The notes beneath the pieces are model-generated. The model was given only the letters and a program-made list of their open reading frames with translations, did no database searches and had not been told where the DNA came from. Positions 47,722 to 59,627 of a DNA stretch of 64,000 bases are shown here, one piece after another. This stretch comes from Guillardia theta CCMP2712 (Eukaryota; Protista; Cryptophyta), in assembly GCF_000315625.1 (NCBI RefSeq), contig NW_005434627.1, positions 273,295 through 337,294 on the forward strand. The letters are read 5' to 3'. The number at the start of each line of letters is the position of its first letter. Within the stretch, counting starts at the first letter, position 1. Both the position numbers and the translations under genes were made by a program.

Positions 47722-48439
47722 GACTTGAAGACCACATTCTCGGCATCACCTACAACGTTTAAACTAATCATGTTCTCATTCTTAAGGGCATCTCTCTCGA
47801 CATTGATAGGACGGAAAGATACTTGTTTCATGTGCTTCCTCAGCCCTTTGAGCTTGTCTGCTTCGTATCAGCTACAAATGCTTCTACTTGCATCAGATAA
47901 GATTGGGAGAGAGGTGGCGGAATGTCAATGAGATCGAAAGATACGATGGGATTGATGTTTCCCAGCTGCCCGTCGTCTACTTCCAACCAGACCAGAGAGG
48001 CGAGCAAAGAAGGAGGGATACATGAGCCATGAGCATGAGACCAGACATGCCTACACTTCTCGTTGCTGTCGGTTGTTTCTCTTCGTTCTTGTTTTTGTTT
48101 GCTTGTTATTCTGTTGTTGGAATGAAACTGCAGGGTAGAGTGAGAATAATGCTGAATGAAATCGCTACTGGTATTCAACGTACAACTTTATTTACACATT
48201 ATCTACTTACATGGTCTTTGTTTCGTATTTACATCTCTCCCTTTCCGACGTCGCCTCTTGTCACCAGTTGGTGCCAAAGAAATCTTCATTCACAAACTTG
48301 TTGTTGACTGCAAGCAAAACTTGTTAACAGTAACCTCGTCATCTTCGTACATCACGAACAATCACGACCCGCCTCAAACAACATCGCTCATCAGGCATGT
48401 AGTCCAACTACAACACCTGTATTCATCCCTGATGCCAAG

Positions 48440-50095
48440 ATGGCCGTTCTAGCTGAGCTTTCCCATAGACCATTCCGAAGAGAAGAGATCGAGCACGAAA
48501 CAAATGTCTGCGTAACATGATCACATCAAGTCAAGGTTCGCTCTATATATCACCCCTCTTCCTCTTCCTTCACTCAAGGTAGAAAGTAAGTAGTCGCCGT
48601 AAGAAACCTTTCGGCCCGTCACCAACAACGATCGAGCTAACGATGCTATTACCTGACACTCCTCGAGGTAGACTGCTCCTCCTGCCTTGTTCCCAAAAGA
48701 GAGAAAGATTTGACAATGCTGCAACGAACACTGTTCTGCAGCAACGTCAAGGATCAATCACGTTTAGATGGTTGAAATCCGAGCAGTGTTAGCAAATATG
48801 ATGATGTTAGCAATCACGACGGCAATGCATATCAGAGAAGCACATGACGGATTAGATGAGAAAAGGAGAGAAGAAGAAACGATAAGGAGGACGAGGGGGG
48901 TCATGAGCAGATAGGAAAGACAAATCAATGCATCATGACGATTTTTTCTCACCGAGCACAGCAACTGCATTCCCGCCGACATGAACACCAAATTGAGCTC
49001 TGTCTTGCCAAGATGACGAGAATCTTCATCCCCATCTCACTCTCTGAAGCAACAACCTCACACTCACCTTGACTCCACCGGCTCCTTGCATTTCCCCCCG
49101 AAAGAGCAGTTCTTCGCCATCACGTTCGCCTGGATGGCAGGTGAGAGAAAGACTCGACTCTCCACATCTTAAGTTTGACATCATGACACAAGACATTCAC
49201 TTTCTCTCTTGCCCTCTCACTCCCATCCCAACCCTCACTGTCCGCCTGCATGGCACAACCTGATTTTCGCATTGCAGGGCGCTGGCATGTCCTCCCATGG
49301 TGCATGAGACGTCGCAACCATCGAGCCTCCACCTGTCGTGTCCTTCAGTCCCTCGTGGCGCTTCTAGTCCGGCATGTTGAAACCTGCCCGATAGGATGGA
49401 CAGCCCCGACCCCCAAGAACTCCTGATGGCAACGTTTGAGATGTGCCCCAAGGGTCCCTGAGCTGCTCGTCTCTGCCTCCCTCCTCTCAGTATCAATCCG
49501 AAGTGAAACACGACCGATTGCTCTCCCTACAAGAACGTCACGTACATTAACTTCACCTCACTATTCCCCGACCGCAATGTTCACCCCCTCTGGAACGACC
49601 ACCGACTGCGTCTTGTTTCGTGCTGTCAGCGGCATCAGGACACGAGGGACAATACGCATCAAGAACAACATCGCGTGAAGTGATCTCCTCCTCGCACACG
49701 AATTGTTTGCCCGCAGAAAGCGACTTCAAGCGCGTCTTCGAGGTAATGGTGCTCCTCCGGGACCAACACGTCCGTCTCGATCACCTTCTGCTCACCGTGT
49801 GACAAGACATGCCCTACGATACCAGCTGTCACCTGCATGATCGTCGGGAAGAGGTCCTCGAGCTCATGAAGAGAGGAGGATGCGCCTAGTCGGGGGTGAC
49901 CTGCCTCACTCTCAGCCCATTCAAGCAGCCGTGACGGGACGAAACTGCAAGGGCTGGTGGGCAAGCTGCTCTCAAGCACCGGCAAGCCCCATCCTTCCTC
50001 CTCCTTCCTCACATCTTTCTACCTGCCATGGCCAGAGCCATCGCGCTTGTTCGCCAGCTCTCGGAGCATCGCCGCCATTCCGGCCGCTCCCGCAT
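48440..50095 (-). CDS. Hypothetical right-handed beta-helix (pectin-lyase-like) protein, multi-exon; ends approximate
   Basis: Exons VLVPEEHHYLEDALEVAFCGQTIRVRGGDH, GHISNVAIRSSWGSGLSILSG/RWRLDGCDVSC, ANVMAKNCSFGG, AQFGVHVGGNAVAVL/EQCSLQHC resemble parallel beta-helix coils. Confidence 0.5.
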
Positions 50096-50634
50096 CACGG
50101 CATTTGAGACAACAACAACACGGGTAGGGGTGTACACAAGTAGGGGTCCTTTGGCCTGTCATCCTCTATCAAAACTAGGGTGGAGGGTTATGTTTACAGG
50201 GGTAGGCTTTAATTGGTGAATCCCCTCAAATGCATGTAGCGACATGCGAGAGGAAGGGAAAGCGGAGGAGGGGGAGGAGGGCAGAGGAAAGAGCAGCAGG
50301 GGAGGGGAAGACAGGCAGAAGTTGACAGCACACGGAAAGACAGCAGGAGATGCTGAAGTGACTTGCAAGAGAAACATCTCTAGTGAGCTTGCAACTGCGT
50401 ATAGATGAAAGTTGGTTCCTGCCAGATACGACAGCAGCTAGTGAGAGGAAAGCGAAGCATACAAATGCGAGCTTGATCATTATCGTCTGACTGACATGAA
50501 GTACAGTTTGAACAACAACCACAACTGTCAACCAAGATCGCAATGTGTCATCGCGAAAATCAGACTAACGAGGGTCAGTGCTAGTAACCCAAAGTCGACT
50601 TGGCTGATCTGTTGGGTGCGCAGACGATCCATGC

Positions 50635-51528
50635 ATGGCCAACCCGAGGCCGCAGCCTCCTGCATCTTCAAGTGACTTCAAGTCTCTCCAATCCAAGAGC
50701 GAGGCAACAGAGCTCCTTCAAAGACTCACGTCCATCTTCCCGGAGTCGCAAGTTGTCGTTGAGACAAACATTCTCGCTGTGTTGACCCCTTGCAACGTGC
50801 AGGACTCTCAGTTTCACTGGGCTCATCCCGACGAGATATCAGTCGCACATCACAAGACTCTGGTGCATGAAGAGCACTTGACGAAAGTCTTGCAGGTGTC
50901 TGTTGTTGGATTGCCCGGAAAGGCCCTTACTGACGAAAGACTGGCAGGAGAAACATGGAGGGTTGGAAGTGAGAGTAGAGAAGAGCGTTTTTCTTGAGAG
51001 GTGACGCATTTATGTTCTATCACCTCGTGAAGGTACTTCAGAAACGTCTACGCACGCAAGATCTTTCTTGTTTCCCCCGACGGAACAACCGTAGCCCATG
51101 CCATCCTCCTGGCGTTCCTCGATCGGCTTCCTGCTGCTGTGGGTGAAGGGGTGCGGGAAGAGAAGGTGCCCTTCGGGAGGCTGCTGATGCAGGTGAGAGC
51201 AGACGTGCGTGCGATGCTCCAGCTGAGAAGTTGAGCAGCACGTCTCTGAGCGTTGTGTCCACCTCATGTCTTGCTGGCACGTGGAGCTGGGAAGGGACCT
51301 GGAACCCCACCTGTGCAGTCAGGTGAGGAAGAGATGGAGAGATGAAGGGGATGGATCCGATGAGAATGTTGCAATGTCAGGCTCATCGTCGCACAAGCGG
51401 TCGAGTCGTCACCATCGAGTGTGCGGGGAAGGTTGTGAAGTTGATGCTTGTTGCATTGCTATTGTTTGAGCTTTCTGCTTGTCGAACAGGTGGCTGCTGA
51501 AGTGCTCGAGATCTTACGTGTAGAATGA
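50635..51528 (+). CDS. Chorismate-lyase (UbiC/DUF98)-fold protein of bacterial type, multi-exon
   Basis: Spliced: HKTLVHEEHLTKVLQ/EKHGGLE..YARKIFLVSPDGTTVAHAILLAFLDRLPAAVGEGVREEKVPFGRLLMQ/HVSERCVH..TSGRVVTIECAGK/VAAEVLEILRVE*; matches the UbiC-like pattern (S/H)(L/M)T..L..R.I.L..P(L/F)G.L.....R...E. Confidence 0.7.
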
Positions 51529-51570
51529 AACACTCGTTGGACCTCTCCCTTGTTCATTCATGTCGTGTTT

Positions 51571-52611
51571 TTATCCTTCTCTCATTCGCTCCTCGACAAC
51601 GCGCAGCTGTTCTTGCAGTGTCTTCTCCTTCTCTTTCAACATGGCGAGTTCTTCCAGCTCTCGTCTAGCTGACTGCATCATTCTTGATCAATCTACCTCA
51701 CAGACTGCCGTTAGCGCAACCTGAGGTCTTGTCGTTTTGTTTGCGTCAACATCCCCCCGAGAAAAATTGCCCTCAGTCAAGCTCGACTGCCCTGAACCGC
51801 CAGGTAGCGAGTCAAAGTCTACAAGAGCTCGGGAGGTTGACATACCTTTCCAAAGGCGGAGTGATTCAACTCTGTTTGCTATGTCAATCTGACAAGAGCA
51901 AAGCTTCCGTCGAAACTCATCCGCTGCCTCCGCGAGTCGCTTTTCGGCAATCCGCTCCTTCAACAAATATTCTACAGCCTGACAATTTCCAAGTTCAGCA
52001 AAGCACTTGTAGCCATCTTGAAATTCATCATTGCAATCGTAGCATAACGGACACATTTGTGTGAAAGGTTAATCAATGGATCGCATACCAATGAATGTTG
52101 CAGGCCTTGGGACCCTTTCAAGCGTTCCACGTGAGCTGTCTTTCGCTCGATGGCGGTTCTGAGTCTTAGAGCCTCTTCTCTTGACTGTTTGAGCTGCCCG
52201 AGTATTCTCATATCTGGCTGCACCTGAAGCTTCACGTATTCCTCTTGTTTCTCCAGCAGACTCAATCGAGACCGCATATCCTCGAGACTCCCCTCGCTCT
52301 CTAGCAGCTTGCTCTGTCTCCATGGATCTCCCGTAGATGTTGATGTCTCAGCTCCCTCAGTTATCAGATCCTCAGTCCCTCCTCGATCTAGACGCGATCT
52401 TTGCTGAGAAATCGAAGCAAGGTTCCTGCCATAGAATAAGCTGGGACCAAGCTTTCAACTCCAACCTGGAAGCAGCGTGAAGAAGTTTCTCTTCTGCTTC
52501 TACCAACCTTGCAACTTCACTGCTGTCCCATAGCCCACTCGGCGATCCCCAATGCACTAAGGCAGCTCCACCCTGTTCCTTCTCGCCTTCTTCGCTTCCC
52601 TCCGCCGCCAT
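51571..52611 (-). CDS. Hypothetical coiled-coil protein, multi-exon
   Basis: Exons EVARLVEAEEKLLHAASR, MRSRLSLLEKQEEY..REEALRLRTAIERK, KERIAEKRLAEAADEFRRKL, RRELEELAMLKEKEKTLQEQLRVVEERMREG*. Confidence 0.6.
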
Positions 52612-54185
52612 TACCCACTGGCTCAGCAGCGACCGCAGGTGTGGCGGACCAGAGATTGCCCGAGTCACTGACGGCACTGAGCAGTCACACGTCCCGGGCC
52701 CCGGCAGCAGGTGGCAGCGACGGTTTAGAGCTGTGACCTGCCAGTTTTAAATTTTGAGGGATGATATGAGGTCACGACTCCAAATTTTAAGGTCATGGAT
52801 CGCCTCATCGAAGAGTCGTATTGAATCGAAAACATTTCTTTTCGCTCGGGCCCCTCTAGACCCTCCAGAATGACACACCCCACATATGACAGAGGAAAGT
52901 ACCGGTACCTATGAGTGCTCCCCATGTGGCGATGACCTCCAATCCCATCACGTCTATCACCCCCACCAATCAGCAACCCCTCCCATGACACCCAAATATC
53001 AAGACCACCCCTACTTTGTACTCAAATCACCCACCTCATCCTAGTCAAGGAAGAACCCCTTGCACTCTACCACCCAACTCGAGAGTCGTCACCCCCATTC
53101 ACATTTTCAACCGCCTAGTTCCACTACCGATGGCTAACCCCACCCCTTCGCTGTGAACCCACACCAACCCCACCCATGTCTTTTCCTTCATTTTGCTGAT
53201 ATATGACCGGGTTATTTTGGGGTACCCCGCCGTGTGGGTATGTACCACCCTCGTCCAATAGAGGCATCGACTTTCATCTCTCCCAGCCACCACCCCACCT
53301 TTGTAGAGATAACCCCATAACCCCCTTCTCATCTCATCCTGAGCAGGATCAATTCCAACCTCCTTGCCCTCTATCTCTATCAATTCTCAAGTGATGTATT
53401 AGTACAAATGGGTGTTCTCCTCCTCCCCTATCATCAAGTCATGATGCCACATACCCCCACCCCCTTTAAGCTCAAGTCTTCCACCCACCCAGACGTCATC
53501 TTTGCAAATCTGAGTTTGCACTCCATGGTCTGTGACTGCGATTTTGAAGGGGTAGGGTGATCCATGATGAGGGTATCCCAGAAGGTACGGGTAGGTCGAT
53601 GCAAAGGGGGTGGGTGATATTTTTGAAGTTCCTTCCCCACCCGTACATAGTATCAATGAAATCTTGTTTCAATGTGGGGTACTCAGTTGAAATCCAGGGG
53701 TAGTAAGTCAATATTTGCTAGGAATGTAGGGGTAAAATTTCAATTCGACAGAACATCAATAGGGTGGGTCATCAGGAAAGGGGTGGGGGTGTCGGTAGGT
53801 CGGGGGGCGGAATATAAGCAGGAAGACGCCTAGAGGTGACATCGTACGCTCTCCTGCTCCTGCTCCGTTCCTCTGCAGCCGTATACCTCGTTCCTCGCCA
53901 CTATCATCTCCCTCTCCTCGTATCCATCTGCTCATTTCTATCCTGCCGAATCTCCTTCCCTCCGCCTTCGAGCTTCGTTCCATCGCTCAAATTTCTTCGT
54001 AGTTCAATCCATCCCTTGGCTGGGTCCCTTACTTCCGATTCCGTGGAACTCTGTTTGTCCGATCGAACTGATTGATCTCCTCACAATCATCCTACTTCGT
54101 ACAGCTTCTCATCATCTGATTACTTTGAAAAACATCTTACCTGAACCCATCTGATACAAGTACATTGCTACTGAACGAAAGGAGC

Positions 54186-55359
54186 ATGTCTTCGATCGAA
54201 TTCCAATTCCCAAAGGCCCAGAGAAGGCTGGAAGAAGCTCAGGAGCAGCTTGAGGCTCAGAAAGAAGCCTTGCGCCGAGCTCAGCAGATTGTGCATGACA
54301 GAGAGCTCGAGCTTATGCAAGCAGCCGTCAAGGATGGCGTTGTTGCGACTACTGCAACAGCTGCAACTGTAGCTTTGAACCCCGCGACTGCAGCCAAGGT
54401 GCTTTTGACCTGCGTCACCTGGGAATCTCTCTCGACTGATCTCTTCTCAGGTTGGTGCAGCTTCTATGGGAGTAGCAAAGACGACGACGATCGCAGCTCT
54501 TGGTTGGAAGCAGCACCTTCTCGCTGGAGGAATCGCTCGTGGGGTAGCTGTCAGCACCCTATTTCCTGTGGATTCGATCAAAACGAAACTTCAGGTGACG
54601 CCGTGACGCTGTCCTTGATCATCCTGTGGTGACGCCATAGGTGTGTGCAGGTCGGCCAGAAGATTTCTTGGAGGCTCGACAACATTGGGGTAGAGCATTT
54701 CTCAGGATTCAGAGCTGCAATCCTCGGACAGGTAGACAGCAGCACGGGGTTGTCAACGCAGCTGACAGTGTACCTCAGATTCCCTACGGCATGCTCGTGT
54801 TTGGGACGTATGAAACCATGAAGGCCAAGGTGTTTGCCAGATACCCCGACGCTCCCAAGCTTCCTGTTTTCATCGCCAGCGCGGTGGTGGGAGACTCAGC
54901 GGGAGCGATCTGGTTGACACCTTCGGAGATCGTGAAGCAGCGAATGCAGTCTGGTCAGGCTAAGGACACTCTCTCCGTCATCCGCTCAATCTACGGCAAG
55001 TCAGGCATCAAAGGCTTCTATACTGGTTTCAGCGGCATGCTCGCTCGCGATCTCCCCTTCCGAGCACTCCAGCTGCCCTTGTACGAAGTAGCTAGAGAAG
55101 CATACAGCGCAAAGTACTGCGCGCCCAAGGGAAAAGTAATTGCTCCCCATGAAGCCATGCTGGTTGGAGCGTCGGTCGGCATGCTCGCAGCAGGCGTCAC
55201 GACTCCCTTGGATGTGGTGAAGAGCAGGATGATGGTCGGGGCCTCATCAGGGCAGAGTGTCATGCAAGTCGTCAGGAACATTCTTCAGGAAGGAGGAGTA
55301 CGCGGACTCTTCTCAGGAGCCCCACAGCGGGTGAGATGATGTGCATGCACAGTGAGCCC

Positions 55360-55390
<31 letters not shown>

Positions 55391-55653
55391 GAGGTGGAGA
55401 TGATGACGATGTAGATGAGAGTGTGTATGGAGATGGTATGATGATGAAGAAGAAGATAGGGAGAGATGATAATATGGAGAGAATGATGATATGGACATTG
55501 TTGTGTTCGCACAACTCTCTTCAAGCTCTTGTACTGATGGTACATTGACAGGTTGGCTATCTTGGGCTTTCAAACGCCATCTTCTTCATCATGTATGAGT
55601 TTGTCAGAGGCTTGATGGCTGGCGAGACGCCAATGCCTATGACCAGCGCATAG
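54186..55653 (+). CDS. Mitochondrial carrier family (SLC25) protein, S-adenosylmethionine-carrier-like, with N-terminal coiled-coil extension
   Basis: Three Px(D/E)xxK motifs: LFPVDSIKTKLQ, LTPSEIVKQRMQ, TTPLDVVKSRMM; RDLPFRALQLPLYE; R/VGYLGLSNAIFFIMYE. Confidence 0.92.
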
Positions 55654-55761
55654 TCCTCATTGCTCCCTCCTCTCTTGTATTTTTTGCCATTAATGAATCT
55701 CCGCCCGTTATCTCCATTCTTTGTCTCCTCCTCCTCCTCCTCCTCCTCTTCATCCTCCTCC

Positions 55762-57461
55762 TCATTCTTTTCCTGCAATCCTCTTGATAAATGCCCGAAC
55801 AGCTTCGACCGGGCTGTCATGACGTGAGAAAGTGTTTCCTCCCCTCCCCTCCCCTCCCCTCCCTCCCGCTTCTCTCCCCTCCTCACCTGTCTTTGGTGTC
55901 CTGCACCACTCCCTCTTGCAGTTGGTTCAGCTTCTGAAGCGACTCCCTCTTGCCGCCCTGGATGGGTCGATGCGCTCCCTTGACCATGCGAGCTCCCCTG
56001 AAGCAGCTGTGACGACCTCGAGGGAAGAGAGGAGGTGGAGGGAGGGGAAAGCCTGGGAGGACAGAGGGAGAGGAAGGGAGGACACTCGAGGAGGAGGAGG
56101 AGGGAGGAGGGATGGCCAGCAGAGGAGGAGCAACCTTCGCTCTTGATCGTGGGAAAAAGCTCCTTCCTGCAGCCGCATCTGCTCGTACTTGGCTTTCGTA
56201 TCCTACAGACCCGCATGAGACGCAGACGACGAGATCAACGTTTGAAGGCAAGGAGACGAAGCAGCAGAGCAGCACAGGAAGTGGTAAGGAGAGCGAAGGC
56301 GAAGAAGTAAACCAGGAGAGCAGGGGAGGGGAGGGCAAGGGAGAGAAGGAGGGAGGAGAAGAGGAGGAAATACCTGTAGGAGAAGCTCCAAGATTTTGAT
56401 TCTTTGAGTGTTCTTGACGAGTCTCTTCTCAAAGATCTGGAGAAGACAAGTTGGAAACAACTCCTGCTCCCCCCACTTCTTCTCTCCCCTACTCCTCGCC
56501 GTGTCCTCTCACGCTCTCGCCCCTTCGCTTCACCTGGATTTCAAGCTCTCTGGCTTCCAAAAGTTTCGCGTCCTGTTTCAAAATGAGCAGCAGTCAGCGG
56601 AGAGGACCGAAGAGGGTTTGTGGGGGGGGGAGGGGGCAGGAGGAGAGGCTGAGGTAGGACTTTCATGTTGGAAGAACTTCACCTCCTTTGCTTTCTTCTT
56701 CAACTTGGCGTTCAGCTCTTCCGCCTTGACCACCGTCATTTGGGCCTCCTCAAGGCTGCCGCACCCCCTCCCCCCCTCCCCCACCCCGCCCGCTCCTTCA
56801 CTTCCATGCTCAGTCGCTCGCTCCTGCTCCTCACTCCCTCCCTCCCTCCTGCTCTTTCCTCGCCCCTCACCCGCATCCCCGCTCCCTCGCTCCTGCTTCG
56901 CTCCCTCCTCCTCCTCCCCAATCCTGTCCTTCCTCCTTCTCACCTCCATCATTCGGTTCTTGACGAAATCATCCACATTCTCGATCTTCTCCTCCAGCAA
57001 GCTTCGATACTTCGGACCATCCCTGTCAGCGACCAGCGACCGCATCTCAACACCTTACCTTGCCCTCAGTGTTGGTCATCTCCTCTCTCGCTGATCGCAG
57101 CTCCTCCTCCAACTCTGTTGATCCCCGTCACTTCTCCTCCCCGTCTTATGTCTACTCGACTTGTCCACCTTTGTAGCGATGACCGTAGGAGCCCGACATG
57201 CTCATCAGCCCGCTCTCTCTCTCTCCGTCAGGCTGCACCTGCCACTACGATTCACTCTCGTTCTCCTCCTCTTCCTCCTCCTCCTCCTCTCGTTCTCCTC
57301 TCCCATCTCCTGCTCCTCTCGTTCTCCTCTTCCTCCTCCTCCTCCTCAACCCCGTCCAGCGAGGATTACCTGCAGTTTCTCCGAGAATTTCTCCGAGAAT
57401 GAGGAGATACAATCTTGCAAGCTGATCACAATCGTCAGGCTCAACATCTTTACCACCACCG

Positions 57462-57532
<71 letters not shown>

Positions 57533-59594
57533 TCCATCATCATCGTCATCATCATCATCATAATCCATGAGATTCAAACCTCTTGACAGAGTCTTCCGGG
57601 TCTGATTCCGTTCCCTTTACCTGTACCTCTTGCTCTCAGAAACTCCCTCCTCCTCCTCCTCCTCCTCCTCCTTATCCTCCTCCTCCTCCTCCTCCTCCCC
57701 AATGGCTTCACCCCCCTTGGCCGCCAGCTCTTGCCCCCCTCCGGAGCTGCTCCTTGAAGACCCAGATAGAGCCCTGCGAGCAGAGTTGGGGATGGAGAGG
57801 AAAGGGAGGGGATGGAAGGGAGGGAGTAGGAGAGAGGGAAAGGAGGGGGGGAGGGGGAGGGGGAGGGGGGACGAGCTTGTGACCTCGTTGAGGCCTGGAA
57901 CGGCACAAGATCTTTCTGCGATATCCTTCAAGCTCAGAGTTGCCTGCAACACAAGAAGGTGAGAGGAGGGAGAGGAGGGGGTGAGGGAGAGAGAGCTCGG
58001 GAAAAGGGAAGGAGACGGTATGGTGAAATAGGATAGGATACCAGAGGAAAAGAGGAGAGGGGAGGAGAGGAGAGGAGAGGCGAGGCGAGGCGAGGCGAGG
58101 CGAGGAGAGGCGAGGCGAGGAGAGGAGAGGAGAGGGGATGGGCTAGGGGGAAGGGAAGGAGAGAGGGGAAGGAGGGGAAGGAGAGGGGGTTGGGGAGGGG
58201 GAGGAGATGGGGGGTGGGGAACCTTGTCGAGCTCCTGGTCCTTCTGCGCAATTATGAAATCTTTCTTATCGACCTCGTTGCGCAATTCATCGAGCTCATC
58301 CTGCTCTCCCAGTCAGACCTCACCTCCTCCCTCCTCTCCCACACCCACCCCTTCTCCCTCCTTCCCCACAGTTTCCTCTGCCCCACCCCTTCACCTGGAA
58401 CTCTGTCTCTCGCTCCTGCAGCCGTTCCTCCAACAACTTCACGCGGTTCTCCGCCTGTAGATCGTTGTCAACTCTGCTAACTCCTGCTCCCGCTCCTGCT
58501 CCCGCTCCTGCTCCCGCTCCTGCTCCCGCTCCTGCTCCCGCTCACCTCTTTCCTCAGGATGCGCTCTCTGTCCAGCTCCTCCTTCACGTCCACGAATTTC
58601 TGCGCCGAGACTCCTCCGGTGCCTTCATGCTCTCCTCCTCCCGCTGACTTGAGCGCCTCGATCTCAAAGTCCTTGGAAGCAATGACGCTCTGCCAACAGA
58701 TCTCAACACTCCCCTCCTCCTCCCCTCCCCTCCCCTCCCCTCCCCTCCCCTCCCCTCCCCTCCCCTCCTCTCCTCTCACTCTCGTTCGNNNNNNNNNNNN
58801 NNNNNNNNNNNNNNNNNNNNNNNNNNNNNNNNNNNNNNNNNNNNNNNNNNNNNNNNNNNNNNNNNNNNNNNNNNNNNNNNNNNNNNNNAGGAGAGGGAGG
58901 GAGGGAGGAGAGGGAGGGAGGAGAGGGAGGGAGGGAGGAGAGGGAGGGAGGGAGGGAGGGAGGGAGGAAAGGAAGGAGGGAGGGAGGGAGGGAAGGAGGG
59001 ATTCATAGCTGTCGTTAACCTCTGCTCTTTGTTGATGTGAGCTCTGTTCTTGATCCTCTTGGCGCTCTTGCCGAACCTCATGGTGGATATTGTCTGCAGG
59101 AAAGTGAGAGGAGAGGCAGAGAAGGCGAGGGTGGGGGGGGGAGGGGGCAGGCGGTGGCGGTGGAGGGCCGCAGAGGAGAAATACTTCAGACTCGTTGATC
59201 TTGGCAGGAGAGCAGTTGATGATGAGGGCGGTACGGCAGTTCCCTCCCAACGCCTCCTGCTCATCGTGTTACTTTCTTGCTCGAGGTTGTAAGAAGGAGC
59301 AGAGAGAGCGCAAGACAAGGAGAACAGGAGAAGGTCAGGAGGAAGAAGAGAAGGAGGTATGAGGGTGAGGGAGCAGGGCAGGGACTAAGACGAGTCGCTA
59401 ACTTGAAGCAGACGGGTGAGCTTCGAGTCTCGATATGGGATGTGAGTAGCCTGTCACTGTTTTCAGTTGCAATCTCCCTCCCCTTTCCCTTCCCCTTCCC
59501 CTCCCTCCCTCCCTCCTCTTCTCCTCTGTTTCTGTTCCTTGTCTCTTTCTCCGGGACGCACTCCTGCTTCTCTCCTCCTCCTCCTCCTCCTCCC

Positions 59595-59627
<33 letters not shown>

